From Seison nebaliae (lineage: Eukaryota), in the NCBI GenBank assembly GCA_023231475.1, contig JALJEE010000939.1, positions 1 to 64,000 on the forward strand: DNA of 64,000 nt, given 5' to 3'. The translations under genes and the position numbers were made by a program. The notes below the pieces were generated by a model. The model ran no database searches and had not been told where the DNA came from. It saw only the letters and a list, made by a program, of their open reading frames with translations. Below, piece by piece: positions 10,572-22,300 of the stretch. The stretch's first letter is position 1, and every line of letters starts with the position of its first letter.

Positions 10572-11591
10572 ATGACAAATAATTCATTCATCACTCAAGT
10601 ATTCACAAATGTCCGTTCTCTCTTGGAGAAGGGACGAGAAGATGAGAAGAAAAAACAATTATTCGATGAAAATGAAATGACAATTCAAATGCAAATATGT
10701 ATGAAATTAATTCCAAATGTATCGATTTATGATTATCGTATAATTGAAATTCCATTTCCAATCCGTCAATCATATGATTCTATTTGTCTCATTGTACGTG
10801 ATGTGGAGAAGAGAAGTCGAGATTATAATGAATGTATCGAATTTTATCGAAATTCTATGAAAGAGAACGGTTATGAAGGTATCGATGATCTCACCATAAT
10901 TCCATTAACCCAATTAATAAATGAATTCGGCGATTTTGATAGAAAGAGAGAATTGGCAAATGCTTACACATTATTTCTCGTTGATTATCGTATTATGTCG
11001 GGTATAGGAACATTTATTGGTGGGAGAGCTTATAAGAAAAAGAGAATTCCAATTTCTGTAAATTTAAATGGAAATGAACAAAATGTATTTCATTTCAATA
11101 AAATTCTGAAAAATACTGGAACATTTATTAGTGACAAAGGTCTCCAAATCTCCTTTCCCATTGGTACGAGTGAAATGGCAATTGAGAAAATTGAAGGAAA
11201 TATCAAATCCGTTTTAATGGTATTGGATGGATTGGTACCAGGAGATTGGCCCAATATTAATCAGATTCATTTAAAATATCAAAATTTATCAATTCCAATT
11301 TATCTGAATAAGAATTTGACGAAATCAAATATCGACGTTCCAACAGAAGAGAAAGTTTTGAAGAAAATTGAAAATAGAAAAAAAACGATATCTGGAGATT
11401 TGACTACTATCCATGAAAATAAAATGGTTTTAGTCAAACATTCAGGAAATGTTAAAGTGAAAAGAACAAAGATGAATGAGAAGAAGAAACATGTTGATAA
11501 TCGATATTTGAAATTACCATCATATATGAAGAAAAATGCTGGTAAAGTAGTGAAAGCGCATCGAAATCGATATAGAAATTGTAAAGAATAA
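10572..11591 (+). CDS. RSL1D1: Ribosomal L1 domain-containing protein 1 (Cic1/Utp30-like), single exon
   Basis: ICLIVRD, KRELANAYTLFLVDYRI, KKKRIPISVNL, VPGDWPNINQIHLK and SIPIY motifs, followed by a Lys-rich tail. Confidence 0.85.
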   Translation: MTNNSFITQVFTNVRSLLEKGREDEKKKQLFDENEMTIQMQICMKLIPNVSIYDYRIIEIPFPIRQSYDSICLIVRDVEKRSRDYNECIEFYRNSMKENGYEGIDDLTIIPLTQLINEFGDFDRKRELANAYTLFLVDYRIMSGIGTFIGGRAYKKKRIPISVNLNGNEQNVFHFNKILKNTGTFISDKGLQISFPIGTSEMAIEKIEGNIKSVLMVLDGLVPGDWPNINQIHLKYQNLSIPIYLNKNLTKSNIDVPTEEKVLKKIENRKKTISGDLTTIHENKMVLVKHSGNVKVKRTKMNEKKKHVDNRYLKLPSYMKKNAGKVVKAHRNRYRNCKE

Positions 11592-11688
11592 CATTTATTT
11601 CCATTAATCATTTAATTTCCTTTCATTTTTCTTTTCATTAGATATATATTTCTAATAATTTTCAAAAGTTTGATAATTCGTTTTATTG

Positions 11689-12814
11689 ATGGGATTTGTA
11701 CAGCGTGGTGGCGGTGGCGGCGGTAGAGGAGGTAGTCGTGGTGGTCGTGGTGGTGGTGGTGGTCGAGGTGGATCTTTCGATAAAAGTCGACCATCATTCA
11801 ATCGAGATGGACGAGGTCGTGGTAGAGGAGACGGTGGACGAGGACGAGGTGGTAGAGGAGATAGAGGTGGTGGTCGTGGTGGTAGTTTTCGTGGAAATAG
11901 TCGAGGACGAGGAGGAGATCGAGGTGGTGGTCGAGGAGGTCGAGGGGGTAGAGGAGGACGAGGTGGTGGTCGTGGTGGAGGTGGAATGAGAGGTGGATCG
12001 AAAGTGATGGTTGAAGGACATCGACATGACGGTGTATTCATTTGTCGTGGAAAGGAAGATGCATTAGTAACGAAGAATATGGTAATTGGAGAATCGGTTT
12101 ATGGAGAAAAAAGAATTTCCATCGATTCAACAAGTTAATTTCTTATAAATTATTCTTTTATAATATTATTTATCAGCTGATAATGATGAAAATGGAAATC
12201 CAAAAAAGATCGAATATCGAGTATGGAATCCTTTCCGTTCAAAGTTAGCAGCAGCTATTATGGGTGGAGTGGAAGATATCCATATCGCTCCTGGAACAAA
12301 AGTTCTTTATTTAGGAGCTGCCAGTGGTACCACAGTTTCTCATGTATCCGATATCGTCGGACCAGAAGGTTTAGTATATGCCGTCGAATTCTCACATCGA
12401 AGTGGTCGCGATCTTTTGAATGTGGCACAAAAGAGAACAAATGTCATTCCCATCATTGAAGATGCGAGACATCCACATAAATATCGAATGTTGGTCGGAA
12501 TGGTCGACACAATATTTGCTGACGTAGCACAACCTGATCAAAGTCGAATCGTGGCGATAAATGCTCACAACTTTTTGAAGAGTAAAGGAAATTTTATTAT
12601 TTCGATAAAAGTTCCAACTTTCAATTTTTTTTTAATTCAAATTATTCCTCATTTTTTTTAGGCTAGTTGTATTGATAGTACGGCAACTCCGGAAGCGGTA
12701 TTCGCTCAGGAAGTCAATAAATTGAAAGAAGAAAAATTGAAACCGAAAGAACAGATATCGTTGGAACCGTTTGAAAGAGATCATGCTGTTGTTGTTGGAA
12801 TATATAGAAAATAA
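11689..12814 (+). CDS. FBL: Fibrillarin (rRNA 2'-O-methyltransferase), 3 exons
   Basis: RGG-rich GAR domain, then [68 protein letters not shown] and [13 protein letters not shown]. Introns 12134-12176 (GTTAAT) and 12611-12661 (GTTCCA). Confidence 0.98.
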
Positions 12815-13312
12815 TCAATTGGAATTTACTTTCTTTAATTTTTATTTACAGATAATCTTGTAATTTATATATTTTCTCCATTGTTATTTTCAAATTTTTT
12901 TGTTTATAAAATTCCAAAAAGTTCTTTCATTTAAACAACTTTTATTATTATTCCAATATTCATTCAAAAATAGGAATAAATCTTATTAATAATTCCTCTT
13001 AAAATTTTAGAGAATTATTTTCATTTTTCATGGAAATTATAATTCGTTGAGAAATGATGAGAGATTAGTCGTGTATGTGTGAAGGTAAAAAACGTTTATT
13101 TAAATAACAAAATATGGAAAATGTTGAGGTGGCGTTTGGTGAGGTAGTAGTGAAAATAGAAGAATGGAAGGAAGAAGAATGAGCAAAAAAAGAAATAAAT
13201 TGTACAAAATGAATCAATTTTTGAGAGAGATGATGGAATGAAATTATTCGAAATAATATGTACAGAAAGATGAAAAGAATTGATGAAAAAGAGAATACTG
13301 AAATTGAAATAT

Positions 13313-16300
13313 TTAGAGCATGATTGCCGAATCGGTGTTCGATTCAGTTTGTAATGGATAATGTTGTTGATATCTTGAATACAAATAATCTTTTGTATTA
13401 CTCGAACTAATCGGCGATGGATCGATAGTTGAACTATATGGAGGTGGTGGTGTCGATGGTGTATCGTTCGATTTGAGATTAGGAAGGAAACTTTTATTCT
13501 TCTTATCCATCATACCATCAATTTGATTCTTATCGTTAATTTGATTTTTCTCATTAATTTTATTTGGTTGTAGACTAATATGAGGTGGAGGTAAAGTTCC
13601 TATACTTTTATTCTTATTCGTTTTCTTATTATTAACAAACTTCCATGAATCATTCGAAGAGAAGACCGGTTGCATTTGATGATTTGACATAAGTGGTGGC
13701 GGTGCATATGCCTTCTCATTATTACATGTGCCAGTTGTCGAATATTGTAAATGATCAGTCTTTCTGATACTCGACGACGCTTTATAAACCGAACTATTTC
13801 CTGCATCAGAATAACCACTGAATCCAGTATGTATTGTACTCGTCTCTTCATCATCATGAACGAAATCTCTTAAGAGATTGTTTGATGGAAGATTGTGTTT
13901 TTTGGAACCATTAAGAAATTCAGTTTTGTTGAAATCATCTAAAATTCGAGAATTGATGGTCAGATAAGCATTTTGAGATTTCTGAGATTGGGGAGTAGTG
14001 GGCATCGTCGGTTTCATAGTCTGATGATTTGGCCGATGGGAATTTTGCATCGTTTTCCTTAAGGGCGTATTGGAGAAGGAGAGCATTCCATCATAAATGG
14101 TATTTGAAGTTTGTTTAGCGAATTGATTTGATGGATTATTAGTGATGAATGCGGGAACTGTATCATTCATTTGTCTCCCAAATGTATTATGTGTTTCCGA
14201 TGTTGAATTATTCATCTGCTTCTTATCATTCATGGATGATAAACCATTATCGAATGATTTCCTCATCATTCCATTTCGATTGATCAGAAGTAAAGTATTC
14301 TGATTCGGATTAGATTGTTGTTGATTTGATGAAATAAAATTATTCGATTGAAACTGATTGTTATTATTTTTCTTCTGTTGTTGTTGTTGTTGTTGTTGTA
14401 ATGTATTCATGTTAATAGCATAAAAATTGTCGCGTTGATTAGATGCAGGATTTTGAACCATCGTTTGTAAATATTGAAAATATTTACAATTATCATTATT
14501 CATTCCATTCGTATTAACAACAATTGATTGATTATTATTTTTCTGATTATTATTCTTCATCAACATTTGAGAATTATTAATTGAAGTAGAAATCAATTGA
14601 GTTGTCGGTTCTTTCGTATTCAAAATCAATAATTGATTTTGTGGCATTACATGACAATTCTTCTCATTCAAATTATTCATTTGACATTGCAACTGTTGTT
14701 GTTGTTGTTGTTGTTGACGATGAAGAGATGAAGTTCGTTTAGAATAATCATTATTTATTGATGAATTCATTTGACATTCATCCACCAAATCCTTCTTCGA
14801 TTCACAAAAAGTGGATTGGGAATGACTTTGAAGATTATTCGAATCTTTCTTTTTTTCTTTCTTCCTTTTACTACGACGACTAAATCGATGAAAAAATGAT
14901 AATTTTTCTTTATTCTCACCATCTTCTTCACCACCCTCATCATTATCAATTTGAATTTGATTCATTTGTTTATTATTATTACCCATCGTATTGGATTGTG
15001 GTCTCGTCAACATTTTCATTCTTGATCTTTGCATTGTCGTATAATTCTTCGCATTCAATCGATTCAATGTATGTTGTAATCGATTATCTCCGTCATCTGT
15101 CTCATCCGAACTGCTCATACCTCCATTTCTCTCTAACGTTCTTGTTGTTTGATAAAGTGAACTTGCACCTTGTCCATAATCATTAATCAATTCTAATTTC
15201 CTTCCATAAACTCCATTTTCATGTTCATTCTTATTCATCGTTCGATAACCATTATTATGACCATTCGTCAATTGACTACTATTTGGGAGAGGTAAAAATG
15301 ATAAACCAGTTCCATTTGATGACGGATTATTCTCATTAGAATTCGTCGAAGAATTTGTCGATTTCGTCGTATGTAACGTGAGAATATTAGCAGGATTATT
15401 TGATGGAACATTAAAAACATAAGCGATGGCATCATTCTCTTCTTCAGTCGTATATAATTTTCCATCAATCGATCTCGTAGTTCCGATATGAGAATAAGCA
15501 TTACTCTTATCTAACGTCGAAATATGTTTGCGATGTAACACTTCAATATCATCATCTACCGATTCACAATCTCCAATATAATTCGATGTTTTAATATCAT
15601 TAAAATTATTGTTATTGTTGTTGTTTTTGTTCATTAATAAAGTATTTCTATATTGTCGATTACTCATATTATTTGTTGTATTCATGGTAATTGTAGTGGA
15701 ACCGGAATTCAATGATGATTCTTTCGAATTGATTCGTTTCGATCTCTGATTTCGAGCTCGTTTCGATTTCCTCTGTTTCTTACTACAAGAAAACGTGAGA
15801 ATTGTCAATATGAAGATTAAGGCAATTGCAGCAATCATATAAATATACCATTGTTGATAAATGGTCTGTTCGATACGTTGACTCAATGTCAATCGATGTA
15901 ATCGTCTTTGTTGATTATATAAATTTAAACGTCTCGAATCCAATTTCCTCATCCATTCATTAAGATAAATCGAAAATTTCGTATTATTATTCGAACTTCC
16001 ATTAATATGGATAGAAGGCGAATGATTATCGGATGAGAAAATTGTTCCACTTCCATTTACCAATATCATACGAGCATCATAAAAAGTAGAAATGGAATTG
16101 ATTGGTAGAATCACACATGATTTATCCGATAAACTAATCGTTTTCCATTCAAATGAGAACGATGAAATTTTATGAAGAAGTTGAAGAATGAAATATTTCT
16201 TCCGATTATAAATTTTTTGTGCGGTGAGAGAAATGTCTAAAGAATTTCCATCTTTATTCATTTCAATCAATTCACAATCATCATATTTCTCTATTGATCG

Positions 16301-19300
16301 TTTCCTTTTCATCGAATTCTCCTTCATATCGAACATCACATAACCATTGATGATTTCATTAACTGATCGATCGCTCAGATTGAGGAAATCTTCCACACTT
16401 CGATTCATATATCTCATGAGATCGGAGAATTCTTCATATTTCTTCTCCGAAATTCTCGTTGTACTATTCAATTGATAATAAATGTCGAATTTGAACGATA
16501 AAGTTAAATGGGATCGAATTATCATATTTGATGGTTTCGTTTTGAAAGAAACGAAATTCGATTTACCAAACAGATTCGTTAATGAAATTGGAAAAATATT
16601 CACTTCGAATCTTTTCTCATTCGGTAAGGATGAAATAAAAACACTGAATTCTCTTTGATTTCTCTTCATTATCTTGTCTGGACAATTCGATGTGATTTTC
16701 TTTATATTTACTGGATATATCGATTTCTGTTCGATAATTGATTGATTATTAGAAATTAATCGATTAATAATTATTTGGAATGATTTGATAATTCCATTCG
16801 GTTCTGTTGGTAATTCCCATAATAGAAGTGCTGATCCATAAGAGACATATTTCGTTCTCAAATTAATCACTTCTGACGAATTCGTTTCGATTTGGCGAAA
16901 AGGAAAAAACGGAGAATTATTCACAATCAATTTCCCGTTTTTCTTCCGTTCAAATAAATCGATGGAAATCAAATAATTCTTATTTGGTTCAATATTTTCT
17001 TTCGAGAAGACTATTCGTCTCATTTGGTCCATATGGGGAAATTGGGAAAATGTTGAAAAAATTAGAGATTGACTTTTTTCCATAAAATTTCCATCAATAT
17101 CTATCGATCGATTCGACGTACAAGATGAATCGACTTGTAAATAATTTAATTTGAAAAAAGAATATTCTTCAAAATTTAAACTATTCCAATTTAATTCCCA
17201 ACCATAACCACGATTTGATTCATTCGTCAAATTTGATAGTTTGGGAAAATTTTTGAAATTTTCTGACAAATTTAATTCTTCTAATTTCAAATTAATTTCT
17301 TCCATTTCACATTCATTCCATCCATTTCCATTCTGTTCATTTTCATAACAGACATTTAATTGAATAAATTGAAAATCTTCCAAATTGTCAAAATGTTCCA
17401 AAGTGATATTGAATGAATTGGTGATGAGAAATATGGAATTCGTTTGGAGAATCTGATGGTTATTTGATGATTTTCCAATTACGATAATTGTCAATTTGGA
17501 ATTACTTCTAATATCTTCATTTAATTTGATTTCTAATAAATTCTCAATTAAACGAATTGATCGAAGTTGAAGATGAATCAACTTCTCGTTAATCTCTAAA
17601 TTTCCGTCATAAAAATATAATTGATTTTCATCAATTATATTTAATGTATCATCATTCAAATATTGATAATCATCTAATTGGTATGGTGGATGAATATCAT
17701 TCTCATTCACTTGTCTCGTCAAAAGTGAATATCGGATAATCTGATTTTTCGATTGATTATCATTAAAAATGATTCTCAATTCGAAATCGATAAAAATTGT
17801 ATCAGCAATTTCGTAGAATTGACAAATGATTGACGGATCGATTATCGATTGTTCTAACGGCCAACTGACATGTGAGATGAATATCCAATCACTTCTAATC
17901 TTCTTCAACAATGACGTTCCATCATTTCGTTGTTGTTTCGTATAGAAAATCATAAAAATATCGACACCTCTTGGAATGTTATCGAGGAAATGATTTCTAA
18001 ATGATTTGGATGATGTCCATGTCCACTTAATGGTAATTGGTCGACATTTATATTCATTCGTCTCTTCCATCTCATTATGATGATGATGAGATAATGATTC
18101 AATTTGAACAGAACCATATTCGATCCAACCGATAAATTTATTTGAATTTTTCATATTCTCTTCAAAATGAATCACTTCATTTCTCATCAATAAAATATTT
18201 TGATAAGCGAATCGGAGGAATTTCGTCAAATTGAAACTATGGGAATCAGAAACGAATTCGATCTCTTTCAACAATTCGACGATAAATGTTAAACGGATCT
18301 GTTTGCGGATACTCGTCAAATGGAAAGAAGATTCATTGAAATAAATTGGAATTTCATAGAATAATTTCTCTGAATCATTTTTCAATTCATTTCCCATTAA
18401 ATTGAATTTCATCGTTTTCAATTGTTCGTAGTTGATATGTCCGTTGGAATTTTGGTGATATCTCAACATCTTCACCAAAACCAGATATGATGATCGTTCC
18501 AACAATTCTCCCGTCACATAAATCCGAATTAATAAATGATCATTCAAATAACTTTTCGAGGAGAATTTATTCATCTCATCTTTCTCAGTGATTAAGGAGA
18601 GATGACGAATTTCATCATTCTCTTCGATTAATTCGAGAAAATTAAATTTATTTTTATTATCATCAAATATGGAAATATCGTTGAGAATTCTTCCCAAATG
18701 AAAACTTTTTCTTTTGTAATCCATTTCATTCTCATTCAAATAATTTCCATCAATTTCTTTTCTTTTATCAAACATTCTCAATTGTTTCCATTCACTTGTC
18801 ACATTCCATTCATTCACCATTGAATAAAATATTCGAAATTTCTTCATTTGTCGAAATGTCAAGAAGAAATCAGAGAATAATTTCGATAATAAATCATGTA
18901 AAGGTATTCGATAAATCGAATATTCCACATCGTTTCCAATTAACAATTCTTTCATTTTCTCATCATCAATTTGATGGTAATCGATTATCGATTGATCATT
19001 TCGTATTATGATAAAAAGTAAATTAATCAATTTAAATTCTTTCAAATTCTCCAAATTAATTCGTTGAGAGAAAATTGTGGAATTGAATCGAATATCGAAA
19101 TGATTATCGAGTTTTGACGATAAATGAAATCGATCATCATTCGTCATCAATTGAAATAGATCACTAAATATATTCATATTTCTCGGTAGTTCTAATTTAC
19201 AATTTTTCAAATATTTCCCTTCATTCATTCGTTTCATTAAATCATCTTTCTTAATGTAATCGTTTGATGATAAATGAGATGGATCAGGATAGAAAGAATA

Positions 19301-22300
19301 ATGAGAAATTGAATTGATATCTTGTTGGAACATTTTATAATAACATTTCAACATTCTTTCCATTTTTATTCGATTTAATAAATTAGTTGAATTTATTTCG
19401 AATTTCATCGAACTTTTTAAAATTTTTTCTAATTCTTCAAATTTGGATTGATCTAACGAAATTTTTCCGTCGACACCAACATCCGCTGATTGGATAAAGA
19501 TTTTTATTGAGTTTGTCGATTTACCATTTTCATTCACTGAATTAATTTCAATGGAACAATCATTTCCAGTTGGTATTTGTTGTTTTAATACGAATCGATG
19601 AATAATTCCAGAGACGTTGGGAGATCGATAATTCATATTGATCAATTTTCCACATTTTAAATGAAAATTATAAAACCGTTTGAATTTCATTCGATTATTC
19701 CATTCGTCTTCAGTTAAGGGATTTATATGGATTTGAAATGAGTGAGAGGAAGTCCATCGGAATTGATGGAAAATCATTCCAGGAGGAATTTTGGGAAAAG
19801 AAGTTTTTGTTGTAATTCTCAATTTGGATTTACTATCAAAAGTTTGTTGGAAGATTTGATTGAAACTAAATGAGGAATAATTGAAGGAAGAAGGAAAAGT
19901 GAAATCTTTCCGATTATTTGTAGGATGCATCAGACATTTCGTATCATCACAAAAAGCGATAATGATATCAGAGAAATTGGAAGCGAATAATAAATTAATT
20001 AATTGAATTTTAATTAATAAGAAATTATTTTCTTCAAAAACTTCTAAATTATCGTCGAACTTTTTTGTTGATTTCCTTCGCAACATATTTCCATTTTTGC
20101 TTTCTCGAAAGAAATATAATTCGATGGGTTTCCTGATTCTAATATATTCACTCACCGTCCATTCCACATCATAATTGTGACGAGAATATAATCGAATGGA
20201 TTTGATTAAACGATAAAATTCGTTTGTATTCTTCCCATTCTCCAACGAGATAGTAAGATGAAGTTGGAATTTTTTATCTTTCTCCAAAAATTCAAATTTA
20301 CCAATCAATTGATTTTCATAATCGATTATCGATGAATTGTCTCTTGTGGGCAGATGGACGACAGTATCAATTGTGGAAATGAGAAGTTTCTGTTCCAAAT
20401 CAAAGTCGTTATAATTGGGAAGAATTTGTAAATAATAATTTGATGTTCGTAGATGATGGAAGGAATAAAGATGGAAACAAGACCGTTTTCTTGAACAGTG
20501 AAATGTCTTCTCAATCGGAACGATAATTCGTTTAACCGATTGATTGTTATGTTTCGATTGTTTGAGAATGAAAGTGAATGAATCGATATTGAAGAATAAT
20601 TGTTTAGGAGAATACCATAAAACGGTAAAAGAGTTATAAGTTCGATTATTGAGAATATAAATGTTGTTGATTGTCCACCGGTCTAACAACGGTGCATCGA
20701 TACGAGAATATTGAATAAATTTCGAAAAATTCACCACATCCATTTCATTGCATGATAATAATGGAAATCGATTATTGATCGATTTCATCAATTCCATTTG
20801 TGTTCCATCTCCCAAATCTGATAATTGATCAATTAGACAAGAAGATAAAATATTATCATTCTCATTCTCATTTATCTTCATATTCGTCATCATTCGATAA
20901 GTACTACTACTAATGAGTTGATTAGTGGATGATGATGGAATAAGATCGATTGTTTCATTCTCATCAAACCATTGATTCACTTTACAATAATCAAATGTAT
21001 AATATAAATTATTGGTACATGATAATAATAATTGGAAATTATTAATTGCGAATATCTCTTTCCAATTCCATCTTCCTCTTTCATTCCCAGATGAACAATC
21101 ATCTTTCATTTGATACACACCTTTCTCCGGATAACTGTGACCACCGGCCGTGTAACAAGTCACAAATATTTGATAATTAGTGAAAATATCGAAATTCATT
21201 TGATGGAAATTGTTTCGGAAAGAATTCTCTTGTAGAAATGTGTCATTCATAAAACTTTTTTTATTTTTTTCAAAAAATTCTCCTTTCTCCATTTCCTTCA
21301 ACATCACACTATAAGTGGCTGGTGTTGTCGAACAGATGGTATGAAAGAGATTCTGTCGTAGATTATGACCAATGGCAATATCATAAATGAGAGTCGGTTG
21401 AAATAATTTTCTGATATGTTTAATATTTTTCAAATTCATTTTCTCCGTTTCATTCATCAATTGAAATAAATGGAAATTTCTTTTCACAAATTTATCCAAC
21501 AAATATTCTGCCCATTCACCAAACGGTTTCAAGATGATTCGATGACCTTTCAATTTACCGTTCAATACCGAATATGAAACTCTCCTCCATGAAATGTTGA
21601 GACAATATTCATTCAATTCATCATTATCAATAGAACGACGTTGAACATAATCGAATTTCACATTACTAACTGGTCGATCTGGTGCTCCTTCTTTCGTTCG
21701 AGACATTTGTGGAGGATAAGAAAATATTCCAATTCCCAAATCATTGACAGCTGCTATTCTCACCATATATTGAGACCATTTCATTAAATATTGAATTTGA
21801 AATGAATTTTTCCCTTTTCCATTAATTGGAACGTCAATGGATGACCATGCACCAGTTGTACATTCAATCTCATTCATTGTCATACAATAATCGATTTGAT
21901 ACAATTTTAACGAATTCGAATTCCATCCAGATTGTTTTGGTTCATTCCATTGAACTTCGATGATCGTATCAGAAATCGGAATTAATTCGATATTTCTCGG
22001 TGGTTCATTTGGCGGTTCTCGTGGTAATGTTACATTATTACTCCAACCTGAATCAACACTCTTACCAATTCGATTAACTAGAATTATATTGAATTGATTC
22101 TCTGTGGTTGGTAATAAATGTTCGCCCATCAATAATAAACCGCCTGATGGAAATTTGATGGTTCGATCATTCTCATTATTTGAGGTGATTTCTTTCATTT
22201 TCTTCTCATTTGTCAATTCGTTATGGAGTAATTGTCTCGAATTAGATTGATAAAATTTCAATCGATTCGAATCGACAATTCCTGAAGAAGAAACATTAAT

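Noticed and set aside
11652..12041. Pro/Arg-rich, Val/Glu-rich and Ser/Thr-rich ORFs over the fibrillarin 5' region
   Set aside because: These are shadow frames of the GGT/CGT/GGA-rich GAR-domain coding sequence.
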